A stretch of 37,548 nt of DNA from an uncultured Syntrophus sp. Lineage in GTDB: Bacteria > Desulfobacterota > Syntrophia > Syntrophales > UBA5619. A program made the translations under genes and the position numbers. Positions within the stretch are counted from its first letter, which is position 1. Every line of letters begins with the position of its first letter. Shown one piece after another: positions 1 through 8,727 of this stretch. Below the pieces are notes generated by a model. That model was not told where the DNA came from, made no database searches, and saw only the letters and a list, made by a program, of their open reading frames with translations. The DNA lies in NCBI GenBank assembly GCA_964403345.1, contig CAYOGU010000001.1, positions 1-37,548 on the forward strand. Reading direction: 5' to 3'.

Positions 1-174
1 CGAGGTGCCCGATCCCGGCGAAGGCCTCCCGCACATGGAGGACATCCTCCCCCGCCGGCATCCTCCCCGTCCTGCCCGAGCCCCCTCGCTTCAGGCCTTT
101 AACAGGCGGGCCGAAGCCTCCCCGCTGTCGGGGGGGCGGGGGTTCGGCCCGCACTCCCCGACAGTGGCCGCCCG

Positions 175-1323
175 TCAGTATTTGCAGTTGTCCTGGAAGG
201 TTTCCCACATCGCGATGAAGTTCTCCACGGGAACGTCGTCCTGGACGTTATGGACGGTGGAGAAGACGAACCCGCCGCCCGGTGCGAAGGTGTCGATGAG
301 CCGCTTCGTCTCGTCCCGGACCTGCTGGGGCGTGCCGTTGGGCAGGGTCGCCTGGGTGTTGATCCCGCCTCCCCAGAAGACGATGTCCTTCCCGAACTCT
401 TTCTTGAGCCGCTCGGGTTCCATGTTCGTTGCTGCGATCTGGACGGGGTTGAGGATGTCGTAGCCCGCATCGATGATGTCCGGCAGGATGTCGTAGACCG
501 ACCCGCAGGTATGGAGCATGATTTTGACGTCCTGTTTGGACTTGATGTGGGCGTTGAGCTTTTTGTGGCAGGGCATCATCATCTCCCGGATCAGCTTCGG
601 AGAGACGAAGGTGCCGCGCTGGGTGCCGAAATCGTCTGGCTCGGCGGTGGTGTCGATCAGGCCGCCGTAGACCTCGAAGATGTTGTCGTAGTACTCTATT
701 TTCTTCTCAAGCAGTTTCTCCATGAAGGGGATGCACCGTTCCGGTTCGGCCACGAGCATGGCCAGCCAGTTCTCGAACCCCCAGACGAGGGGCCCGGTCT
801 GGAGGAAGCCGTTGCCGAAGACCTCGGTAATCATGGTGGCATAACCGGCCTTTCGGTAGTCCTCGAGCTCCTTGCGATCCTCCTTGGCGAACTTCTCCGG
901 CACGGGCCAAACGAACGCCTGGTCCTCTTCGGCGCTTTCCGAATTCTTGAGGACCGTGTCGTAGAGGTCGAAGTAGAGGGCCTTCTGCTTGGGCATCCGG
1001 TAGAGGGTGCCCCATTCGTTCCTCGCGTAGTAGCTCTCGTCGTCTTCCCATTTCTTGGAATAGGGATTGGGGGGCTTGATGGGCTTGAGCCTGGGATTGC
1101 GCACGTCACACTTCAGCAGATCCAGCACCCGGTCCGAGGCATAGACGACCTGGTAGGGCAGGCTGCAGATTTCCAGCTTGTCCTCCTTGATGCCGAAATA
1201 ATCCAGCAGTTTCAAGTAGAAATACTTGGTGAACTTGCAGCAGTGGCCGGACCCGAGGTCCAGGGGGATGCGGTCGGGTTCCCTGTGATTCAGGGCGCAC
1301 AGCACTCTTTCACGTGAATTCAT
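175..1323 (-). CDS. URO-D (uroporphyrinogen decarboxylase) family, MtaA/MtbA-like corrinoid-dependent methyltransferase (candidate substrate:corrinoid MT I)
   Basis: 382-aa ORF. ATG at 1323 is preceded by TAGGAGG. Contains 'REPDRIPLDLG' and 'LHTCGS...ILNPVQ' (H-x-C-G zinc-type motif), typical of URO-D-like methyltransferases. Lies 11 nt downstream of a corrinoid protein gene. Confidence 0.8.
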   Translation of the reverse strand: MNSRERVLCALNHREPDRIPLDLGSGHCCKFTKYFYLKLLDYFGIKEDKLEICSLPYQVVYASDRVLDLLKCDVRNPRLKPIKPPNPYSKKWEDDESYYARNEWGTLYRMPKQKALYFDLYDTVLKNSESAEEDQAFVWPVPEKFAKEDRKELEDYRKAGYATMITEVFGNGFLQTGPLVWGFENWLAMLVAEPERCIPFMEKLLEKKIEYYDNIFEVYGGLIDTTAEPDDFGTQRGTFVSPKLIREMMMPCHKKLNAHIKSKQDVKIMLHTCGSVYDILPDIIDAGYDILNPVQIAATNMEPERLKKEFGKDIVFWGGGINTQATLPNGTPQQVRDETKRLIDTFAPGGGFVFSTVHNVQDDVPVENFIAMWETFQDNCKY

Positions 1324-1334
1324 GAACGGTCCTC

Positions 1335-1976
1335 CTAGTTGAGACGTTTATTCAGTTCTTTGGCCTTGCTCGCGGCCGTGGCCGCGTCCGCCGCAAATCC
1401 GTCGGCTCCGATGGAATCGACAAAGTTCTGGGTGATGGGGGCCCCGCCCACCATGACCTTCACCTGGCTCCTCACCCCTGCGGCGATGAAGGCGCCGAGC
1501 GTCTCCTTCACGGCCGGCATGGTCGTGGTCAGGAGGGCCGAAATTCCCAAGACCTTGCAGTCGGGGTTGGCCTTGATCGCCTCGATGAACGTTTCGGCCT
1601 TCACATCCACGCCCAGGTCGATCACTTCGAACCCCTGGCTCTCGACCATCATGGCGACGAGATTCTTGCCGATGTCGTGCAGGTCCCCCGCCACGGTTCC
1701 GATGATGAACTTGCCGATCGTGGCACCGGTTTCGCCAACCAGCTGCGGCCTCAATGTCTCCAGACCCTTTTTCATGGCCCGGGCAGCGACGAGCATTTCC
1801 GGCACGTAAATCTGACCGGCCTTGAATTTTTCGCCGACAGCCCCCATGGTGTCGATCATTCCCTGCAAAATCTCCAAGGGCTTCAGGCCATCCCCGATGG
1901 CCGCCCCGATCAGGTCCTGAACATTCTTCCCCTTGCCAGATTCAATGGCTGCAGCAATCTCCTGGATTTTGGACAT
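1335..1976 (-). CDS. Corrinoid (cobalamin-binding) methyl-carrier protein, MtaC/MtbC/MttC-like
   Basis: 213 aa. Helical cap plus B12-binding Rossmann domain with 'GTVAGDLHDIGKNLV' (D-x-H-x2-G), 'SALLTTT' and 'GGAP'. RBS GGGAGAAAAAACAG precedes the ATG at 1976. Confidence 0.9.
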   Translation of the reverse strand: MSKIQEIAAAIESGKGKNVQDLIGAAIGDGLKPLEILQGMIDTMGAVGEKFKAGQIYVPEMLVAARAMKKGLETLRPQLVGETGATIGKFIIGTVAGDLHDIGKNLVAMMVESQGFEVIDLGVDVKAETFIEAIKANPDCKVLGISALLTTTMPAVKETLGAFIAAGVRSQVKVMVGGAPITQNFVDSIGADGFAADAATAASKAKELNKRLN

Positions 1977-2031
1977 CTGTTTTTTCTCCCTTTCTCTATT
2001 GAGTGGTTATGGCGGACTTCTTCGAAATCCC

Positions 2032-2066
2032 CTGCCCTGGCATAAACGGGCAACATCCCAGGGCAG
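2032..2066 (-). other. Intercistronic hairpin between the DUF1638 and corrinoid protein genes
   Basis: CTGCCCTGG-(17 nt)-CCAGGGCAG, a 9-bp perfect stem with only a weak U-rich tail (GGGAUUUCG) on the minus strand. Confidence 0.35.
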
Positions 2067-2075
2067 CCGCACACA

Positions 2076-2756
2076 TTAAAAAAACATCTCCTGCTTGAAG
2101 GCCTCGCCTGACTCGAGGCGGACGAATTTATCCCCCTCATAGGGTCCCTGAACAATCTCGCGGAAGTAATCGAGGCTGCCCGGGATCTCCTCATACCGCT
2201 TCTTCAGGGCATCGGCGTTCTGGATCGCCCGCGCCCTCAGCGGCGCCATCTCTTCCACGCCCGTATCGATCAGGGCGATATGGGTGTAATGTTTGAACTC
2301 CTCCTCCAGGACCCACTCCGCCGTCTCACGGTCGAACCTGGCGGCGTTCTCTTCGAGAATGCCCAGGGGATCCTTCTTCTCCGCGATCCAGCCGGGAGTC
2401 AGGTAATAGGTCCCCGGCTTCTGACGGAACACTTCCTGATAGCGGGAGGGCGATCCAAGAAACAGGGCAATGCAGTCGTGGCAGCGGGGGATAATGAGTC
2501 CCTGCCGACGCGCCGTGACGCCGACCACGCCATTGGAACACAGGCCGTACCCCAGGACGATCCGGGATGCCTCCTGCGCCGCCTGGTCGACCTTCTCCTG
2601 GAGCTGGCCCAAGAGCCGCGTTGGCGTCCGGTGGAGGGCCTGGTCGAGGTAGACGACCTCCACATCTTCCCCTGTCTCCGCCCGAACCCGCTCCAGCTCC
2701 GGTTCCATGACGCGGCATGCGATGACGACCCGCCTGCCGATGTTCGCATTCCTCAT
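2076..2756 (-). CDS. DUF1638-like protein (uncharacterised family that recurrently neighbours corrinoid methyltransferase genes)
   Basis: 226 aa. N-terminus 'VVIACRVMEPELERV' and overall size resemble DUF1638 as I remember it. Family assignment is from memory and was not searched. RBS GGGAGAAGGG. Confidence 0.55.
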   Translation of the reverse strand: MRNANIGRRVVIACRVMEPELERVRAETGEDVEVVYLDQALHRTPTRLLGQLQEKVDQAAQEASRIVLGYGLCSNGVVGVTARRQGLIIPRCHDCIALFLGSPSRYQEVFRQKPGTYYLTPGWIAEKKDPLGILEENAARFDRETAEWVLEEEFKHYTHIALIDTGVEEMAPLRARAIQNADALKKRYEEIPGSLDYFREIVQGPYEGDKFVRLESGEAFKQEMFF

Positions 2757-2831
2757 GGCCCTTCTCCCTATCCGGATTCCCAGGCTCTCCTTCCCTCGGC
2801 GTTCGTGACCGGGGGATGGAGAGCCTGAACA

Positions 2832-4163
2832 TCAGAAGATGTGGTTCGGTATCCACGTAACGATATCGGGGAATAGGCACATGAGGATGACCCCAATGAC
2901 CTGCATGACCATGAACGGAATGGTCGCCCAGTACAGCTCGCTGATCGGGATCGGGATCTTCTGCTGCTGCGCCACCCCCTTGACGTAAAAGGCCGCATAG
3001 GAGAAGGGCGGCGACAGGTAGGAGATCTGGATCATCACGGCGAACATGACCCCGAACCAGAGGGGATCAAATCCCATCGCGTTGATGATGGGGGTGAAAA
3101 CGGGGATGCCGATGAGGAGCATCCCGTAGCAGTCGATGAACATCCCCATGATGTAGAGGATGAAGAAGATCAGCGAAACGATCACCCAGGGGTTGACGTT
3201 CAGGCCGCTGACGATGCTGTTGATCGCATCGCCTCCGCCGAGTCCCAGGAATACAGCCGTGAACATCGTGGCGCCCAGGATGATGAACATGATCATCGAA
3301 GTCGTCTTGACCGTCAGGTAGCAGCACTCCTTGGTCACTTTCCAGTTGAGTTTCTTGTTGTAGATGGCGACTGCCATGGCGCCGCAGCAGCCGAGGGCCG
3401 CCGCCTCCGTCGGCGTCGCGGCGCCCACCAGAATGGTTCCCAGGACCAGAAGGATCAGGATGGAGGTGGGCAGGACCGACTTGAAGAACATGTACCACTT
3501 CTGCGTACGACTGTACTTGGCCGCCTCGGACGGATCGATGGCCGGTGCGCTCTCAGGCTTGGTGACGATCTTCCAGATGATGTAGACCAAATAGAGAACC
3601 GACAGGGTCAGCCCGGAGCCGATGCCGCCGGCGAAGAGCTTGCCGATTGAAATCTGGGCCTGGGCTCCGTAGATGACCAGGATGATACTCGGCGGGATGA
3701 GGGTCCCCAGGCAACCGGCCGCCATGATCGTGCCGGCCGCGAGCTTTGCGTCGTACTTGCACTTGTGCATGGCAGGCAGGGCCAGGATCGTCATCAGGGT
3801 GATCGAAGCACCGATGATGCCGCTCGCCGCGGCCAGCAGCGTGCAGATGACGACCGTCGTGATCGCGATGCCTCCCCGCAGGGGGCCGAAGATGACGTAC
3901 ATGGAATCGAAGAGGTCGTCGGCCGCTCCCGACCTCTCGAGCATGGCCCCCATGAAGATGAACAGGGGAATCGACGTGTAGACGATGTTCGTCCCGATGC
4001 TCGTCGTGGTCCGGACGAAGAGGTTCAGGGCAGCGGGGTTTCCCCATACCGTCGCCGCGGAGATGCAGGCCAGCCCGCCCAGGGTGAAGGCCAGGGGGTG
4101 GCCGCTCAGAAGGACGATCAGAAAAAGGACGCCGACAATGGCAAGGGTTTCCAGCGGTGTCAT
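2832..4163 (-). CDS. TRAP transporter large permease, DctM family
   Basis: 443 aa, highly hydrophobic multi-TM protein. The ATG overlaps the stop of the upstream small permease gene (ATGA coupling at 4160-4163). About 12 TM segments, typical DctM length. Confidence 0.9.
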   Translation of the reverse strand: MTPLETLAIVGVLFLIVLLSGHPLAFTLGGLACISAATVWGNPAALNLFVRTTTSIGTNIVYTSIPLFIFMGAMLERSGAADDLFDSMYVIFGPLRGGIAITTVVICTLLAAASGIIGASITLMTILALPAMHKCKYDAKLAAGTIMAAGCLGTLIPPSIILVIYGAQAQISIGKLFAGGIGSGLTLSVLYLVYIIWKIVTKPESAPAIDPSEAAKYSRTQKWYMFFKSVLPTSILILLVLGTILVGAATPTEAAALGCCGAMAVAIYNKKLNWKVTKECCYLTVKTTSMIMFIILGATMFTAVFLGLGGGDAINSIVSGLNVNPWVIVSLIFFILYIMGMFIDCYGMLLIGIPVFTPIINAMGFDPLWFGVMFAVMIQISYLSPPFSYAAFYVKGVAQQQKIPIPISELYWATIPFMVMQVIGVILMCLFPDIVTWIPNHIF

Positions 4164-4675
4164 AGTTCTACCCCCTTGGTGACGTAGACGAGATCACGGA
4201 TCCATTTCGCCAGCCCCTGCAAGAGCAGGAGGAGATAGCTGACCGCGAAGATGACCTTCAGGGGATACAGGGGGGGCGCCCACATGCTGAAGGTGGTCTC
4301 CCGGATGCCGACCGAGTAGATCGCGTTCCCGCCCATCTTCCAGACCATGACGCCGGCAAAGACGAAGAAGACCGTGGTAAAGAAGAAGAGATCAAAATAG
4401 GCTTTCCACTTCTTGGAAAGGCTGTTGTAGAAGACGTCCGTGCGGACGTGGTTGCTCTCCTTGAGCACCCAGGCCCCGCCCATCATGAAGAAGGCGCCGA
4501 AGAGCATGGCCGCCAGCTCCCAGCTCCAGTCCGTGGGCTTCTGGATGACGTAACGGAGAATCGATTCCCCGGTCTCCAGAACGATGATGGGCAGGACCAG
4601 CATGCTGAAAAGTTTCCCGGCCCAGACGCTCAAGGAATCGATTCCTTTTAGCAGTTTGTCGATTTTTGCAATCAT
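4160..4675 (-). CDS. TRAP transporter small permease, DctQ family
   Basis: About 171 aa with 4 predicted TM helices, located between the dctP-like and dctM-like genes. The ORF track starts at a GTG at 4684, only 2 nt after AAGGAG. I prefer the ATG at 4675 (11-nt spacing). The start is uncertain by 9 nt. Confidence 0.8.
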   Translation of the reverse strand: MIAKIDKLLKGIDSLSVWAGKLFSMLVLPIIVLETGESILRYVIQKPTDWSWELAAMLFGAFFMMGGAWVLKESNHVRTDVFYNSLSKKWKAYFDLFFFTTVFFVFAGVMVWKMGGNAIYSVGIRETTFSMWAPPLYPLKVIFAVSYLLLLLQGLAKWIRDLVYVTKGVEL

Positions 4676-4773
4676 GGCTTTCACGACTCCTTATCCCGTT
4701 CGAAGGGTGCAGCCGTCCGCTCATCACGACGGCTGCACCCTCAGGCACTCCGACTCGTTCGACCGAGAACCGG

Positions 4774-5865
4774 TTACTTGTACGTCCCGGGCTTGAATCC
4801 CATCTGCTGCTCCGGCGTCAGGCCGTCACCCCACCACGCAGCCATGGTTTTGTAGGGGTACCAGACTTCCATGAATTTGTAGATCGAATTGTAGGTTTCC
4901 GCCGTAAGGCCGCCGTACTTCTTGATGTCCTCCTGCTCGATGGCGTACATCTGCTTGCGCAGTTCGATGAACGGCGCCTTGTCCATCCGCGAGAACTGCA
5001 TCTTCTTCTTCGCTGCCAGATCGCGCATGGCCACGGCGCTCAGGTACTGGCTCTTGGTCCAGTGCTGGTGCTCGCGGGCCTTGAAGGCCAATTCCACGAC
5101 GGTCTGGATGTCCTGGGGCAGCTTGGCCCAAGCGCTCTTGTTGACCACGACGGTCGTGATGAAATGTCCGTTCCAGAAGTCCGGGAAGATCCCGTGCTTG
5201 GCAATGTCGGTCAGGCCGAGGCCCTCGTTGTACTTGAGGTGTCCGAATTCGGCCGCATCCACGGTGCCGGTCTGGAGGCCCGTGAACACCTCTTCAAGCG
5301 GCAGCGTGATACCGGCCACGCCGTACTTGGCCAGGAGCCGGGGATCGGAGGTCCGCATTTTCCTGCCCTTCATCTCGGCAAGGCTCTTGTAGGGTTTGTT
5401 CGCCATCATGACCTCGGTTCCCCAGATCTCCACGGCCAGGAGCTTGAGGTTCATCTTGTCGAAGGCCTTCTGGAGCAGGTTCCATCCGCCGAACTCATAG
5501 ACCCAGACCCACCGGTCATGGGCGTCGAGTCCAAGCCCCATCGTGGACAGGGGCAGGAAGGCGTACTCCACGCCCTTTGCGTAGACCGGCCAGCTTGAGT
5601 GCATCTCGAAGACGCCGTCGCCGCAGGCCTGAAAGGCCTCCAGGCTGGGGGCGAAGGTCCCGTTCGGGCTGACCTTGATCTGGAGCCTTCCGCCGGTGGC
5701 CTTCATGATGTCCTCGGCCGTCTGCGTGTTCTGCGCGAAATCGGAATGGGCGTTGCTGTGAATGACCTGCATCCGCCACGTCCACTGGGGCGACGCCGAC
5801 CAAGCGACCGAAGCAAAACAAAGCGCCGTCAGTAAAGCCACGAGAAACAACCCCTTCATTTTCAT
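4774..5865 (-). CDS. TRAP transporter substrate-binding protein, DctP family (Sec signal peptide)
   Basis: 363 aa. Signal peptide 'MKMKGLFLVALLTALCFASVAWSA'. 'KGRKMRTSD' matches the DctP-family G-x-K-x-R strand that carries the carboxylate-binding Arg. RBS GAAGGAGG. Confidence 0.85.
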   Translation of the reverse strand: MKMKGLFLVALLTALCFASVAWSASPQWTWRMQVIHSNAHSDFAQNTQTAEDIMKATGGRLQIKVSPNGTFAPSLEAFQACGDGVFEMHSSWPVYAKGVEYAFLPLSTMGLGLDAHDRWVWVYEFGGWNLLQKAFDKMNLKLLAVEIWGTEVMMANKPYKSLAEMKGRKMRTSDPRLLAKYGVAGITLPLEEVFTGLQTGTVDAAEFGHLKYNEGLGLTDIAKHGIFPDFWNGHFITTVVVNKSAWAKLPQDIQTVVELAFKAREHQHWTKSQYLSAVAMRDLAAKKKMQFSRMDKAPFIELRKQMYAIEQEDIKKYGGLTAETYNSIYKFMEVWYPYKTMAAWWGDGLTPEQQMGFKPGTYK

Positions 5866-6006
5866 GCCACATCCTCCTTCATTCTGTGAAAATCACTTAT
5901 GATCCCAACCGATGCCGGATCATCCCTTGGTCTTCATCGCAACCGATGAGATTCCAGCGCAACCTGGAAAGAGGCCCGCAGGCCGCCCTCGTTCACGTCG
6001 CGCAAC

Positions 6007-7782
6007 TTAACGGAGCAGATCCCGGCAGAGCCTCGCCGCAGCCGGTGCATCGTAGGAAGTGCCGTCGGCGCCGATCTGCGCGGCAAAAGCCGGCGTCACG
6101 GGAGCGCCTCCCACGATGATCTTGACGACATCCCGAAGACCCTCGGACTTGAGGGCATCGATCGTATTCTTCATCTCGATCATCGTCGTGGTCAGCAGGG
6201 CGCTCATCGCCAGGATATCCGGCTTTCGGTTCCTGACCGCCTGGATGAACTTCTCCGTGCTCACCGATACCCCCAGGTCCTCCACCTGGAACCCCTGCCC
6301 TTGGAGAACCATCAACACCAGGTTCTTGCCGATGTCATGCAGGTCCCCATGCACGGTCCCGATCACGACCTTTCCAAGCGGCCGGGCCTCCCCCTTGCCG
6401 GCCAGGATCGGCTTGAAGTGGTCCAGCGCCTCGGACATGGCCCGCGCCGCGATCATCATCTCGGGGATATAGATCTGACCGTTCTGGAACATTTCGCCGG
6501 CGACGGTGATGGCCGGGATCATCCCCCGGCACACGACCTCCCCTGCCGCCATGCCGCCGTCGATCTCCCGCTGCATCATGTCGATCAGCTTGGGAACGTC
6601 GTCGGCGATGAGGGACTCCGCGTAAGCCTCCACATCCAGCCCCGTCTTCACCTTCGTCGTCTCGCTCCTGCGGATCTTCGTCTGGGAAGTCCAGATCTTC
6701 CCTTTGACCCCTCCTTCCTCCAGACGGATCGGGTACTTCCCGAATTCATAGGCCGCATCGAGCAGGGCCCTCATGTTTTTCACGGGAACGTAGTCAGTGA
6801 TGGAGTTTGAAGAGGCCACCATGTAGCCGCCGCCCGGAGCGATCGTCCGTATACGCTCATAGACCTCGGCCCGGACATCCTCGGGTGTCCCCAGCGTCAG
6901 GGTCGAATCGAGGTTGATGTTGCCGATCAGGCAGAGTTTCTTCCCCCACCGCTTCTTCACCTCGACGATGTTCATGGCGTTGGGCTGGACAGGATTGAAA
7001 CCGTGGAATCCGCAGTCGATCAGGTCATCCATTACCTCGGTGCAGTCGCCGTCGCTGTGCAGGACAAAGCCAATTCCTTTCTCCCGGCAGATCCGGCCCA
7101 TCTTCTGGTACCAGGGGAAAACATGCTTGCGCAGATATTTGGGATGAACCAGAAGCCCCGTGTTGAAGGCGATGTCGTCGGGGTTGATCACGGCCCCCAC
7201 GCAGGGGTGTTCGATGACCCGCAGGAAGGTCTGGTACTGGATCTCACCGATCTTGTTGATGATCGCCGCCACCAGTTCCTCATCCTGTTCCAAGGCGTTG
7301 AAAAAGGTCTCGGCCCCCATGTACATCCAGGCCGGGGTATAGATCTTTCCCAAGAGGAGAATCGCCTTCATCCCCTTGGGAAGGATTCGGTCGAAGACGC
7401 TCCACTTCGACAGGTCGAAATTGTCCGCCTTGGGCCAGTCATATTTCTCGAACTTCTCCCAGCTCGTGATGACCCCTTCATGGGTATACGCCCACTCCCG
7501 GGAAACCCTGTCCCCATACTCGGTGCGAACGCCTTCGCCTTTCAGCGTCATCCCTTCCGGCGCCCGGACCGGCTCCAGGATGCCGGAGGAAGAGGTCACG
7601 AAATCAAAACCCGCCTCATACCAGAAATCCACGTAGTCTTGCAGGGTCCTGATCTGCCTCCCCAGGAACGCCTCTTTGGGTCTCTGGTCCACGTGCCAGT
7701 CTCCCAGGGGCACCCGGTCGGGCTCCTCGCAGTGGAGAGCCGTCATGTACCTCTCGAAATCCGGCTTCGGTTCTCTGCCCAT
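6007..7782 (-). CDS. Fusion protein: N-terminal URO-D-like methyltransferase domain plus C-terminal corrinoid-binding domain
   Basis: The ORF is open to 7920, but the ATG at 7782 has a GGGAGGCAAGG RBS and begins the URO-D-like 'EEPDRVPLGDWH'. The C-terminal ~215 aa carry 'GTVHGDLHDIGKNLV', 'SALLTTT' and 'GGAP', as in the stand-alone corrinoid protein at 1335-1976. Confidence 0.8.
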   Translation of the reverse strand: MGREPKPDFERYMTALHCEEPDRVPLGDWHVDQRPKEAFLGRQIRTLQDYVDFWYEAGFDFVTSSSGILEPVRAPEGMTLKGEGVRTEYGDRVSREWAYTHEGVITSWEKFEKYDWPKADNFDLSKWSVFDRILPKGMKAILLLGKIYTPAWMYMGAETFFNALEQDEELVAAIINKIGEIQYQTFLRVIEHPCVGAVINPDDIAFNTGLLVHPKYLRKHVFPWYQKMGRICREKGIGFVLHSDGDCTEVMDDLIDCGFHGFNPVQPNAMNIVEVKKRWGKKLCLIGNINLDSTLTLGTPEDVRAEVYERIRTIAPGGGYMVASSNSITDYVPVKNMRALLDAAYEFGKYPIRLEEGGVKGKIWTSQTKIRRSETTKVKTGLDVEAYAESLIADDVPKLIDMMQREIDGGMAAGEVVCRGMIPAITVAGEMFQNGQIYIPEMMIAARAMSEALDHFKPILAGKGEARPLGKVVIGTVHGDLHDIGKNLVLMVLQGQGFQVEDLGVSVSTEKFIQAVRNRKPDILAMSALLTTTMIEMKNTIDALKSEGLRDVVKIIVGGAPVTPAFAAQIGADGTSYDAPAAARLCRDLLR

Positions 7783-7828
7783 CCTTGCCTCCCGTTCCCC
7801 TCTTCGATTCGTCCAGGCTCGGTTGATT

Positions 7829-8623
7829 CTATTCGATGCGACCTTCCCGAAATGCGCCGATGTACTCCATGCAGAAGTCGTCCTTGCCGGCAACCATGGT
7901 GACGGCCTTGAGCATGGCAAAGAGCTGCTTGTCCGTGGGATCGATGATCGCCGAATCCAACCCCATGGTGATCGCGGCAGCCAGAAACGCCCGGTTGACC
8001 AGTTTTCTCGCAGGAAGGCCGTAGGAAACGTTCGTCAGGCCGCAGACCGTGTGGACGCCGGGAAAGCGATTCATGATCCTGCTGATCGCCTTGAGGGTTT
8101 CGCTGGCCGACTGGGGATTGGTCGAGAGGGGATAGACCAGGGGATCAATGAGGATGTCGTCCAGGGGGACCCCCGCGCCGGTGAGCCTCTCCACCAGCCG
8201 TCCGGCCATCTCGACCTTGAGTTCGGCCGTCTCGGCCATCGCCTCCTCGGCCTGGCACAGGGCGATGATCTTGGTCTTGAATTCCACCACCAGCGGCAGG
8301 ATCCCTCCGAGCCGCGAGGGCTCCAGGGTGATGGAGTTGATGATCGGAGTCCTCTTGACCAGAGGCAGCATCGCCTTGATCACCTCCGGATCGGGGCTAT
8401 CGATGGAGAGGGGCAGGTCCGTCACCTCCTGGACGGCCTCCACGATCCATTTGAGCTTTTCGGCCTCCTCGCCGACAAAGGTCCCGGCATTCACATCGAT
8501 GTAATGGGAGCCGGCCTCGGTCTGGGCCTTGGCCTCTGCCTGTATAAACGCCCTGTCCCCCGCAGCGATGGCCTGGGCAATGGATTTCCGCGAGGCATTG
8601 ATCCTCTCAGCAATGATCAGCAT
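7829..8623 (-). CDS. Methyltetrahydrofolate:corrinoid methyltransferase (pterin-binding, MeTr/AcsE/MtrH-like; candidate MT II)
   Basis: 264 aa starting at 'MLIIAERINASR' (ATG 8623, RBS AAAGGAGGAGA). Pterin-binding barrel motifs 'IDVNAG', 'LSIDS', 'INSITL' and 'GLTNVSYGLP'. Confidence 0.85.
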   Translation of the reverse strand: MLIIAERINASRKSIAQAIAAGDRAFIQAEAKAQTEAGSHYIDVNAGTFVGEEAEKLKWIVEAVQEVTDLPLSIDSPDPEVIKAMLPLVKRTPIINSITLEPSRLGGILPLVVEFKTKIIALCQAEEAMAETAELKVEMAGRLVERLTGAGVPLDDILIDPLVYPLSTNPQSASETLKAISRIMNRFPGVHTVCGLTNVSYGLPARKLVNRAFLAAAITMGLDSAIIDPTDKQLFAMLKAVTMVAGKDDFCMEYIGAFREGRIE

Positions 8624-8727
8624 GGTGTCTCCTCCTTTTTTGTTGAAAACCCCAAGGGGTGCCGTGTACGGAGGCCGGGTATTCCGGATCGCTGGAGGAC
8701 CACCGACCACCGTCGCACGGCTTTGGC

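Noticed and set aside
1-174. Possible start of another minus-strand gene (ATG codons at 61-59 and about 36-34) and ORFs 5-463(+) and 99-470(-)
   Set aside because: Too little sequence is available, RBS spacing is poor, and no motif was recognised. The two listed ORFs overlap the real URO-D gene out of frame. A downstream gene may exist, but it cannot be supported from 60 nt.
7783-7920. N-terminal extensions of several minus-strand ORFs (6007-7920, 21464-22921, 24018-25043, 30391-31422, 29453-30385, 28636-29445)
   Set aside because: In each case an internal ATG with a good Shine-Dalgarno sequence coincides with the start of the conserved domain. The extension is low-complexity and/or overlaps the upstream gene.
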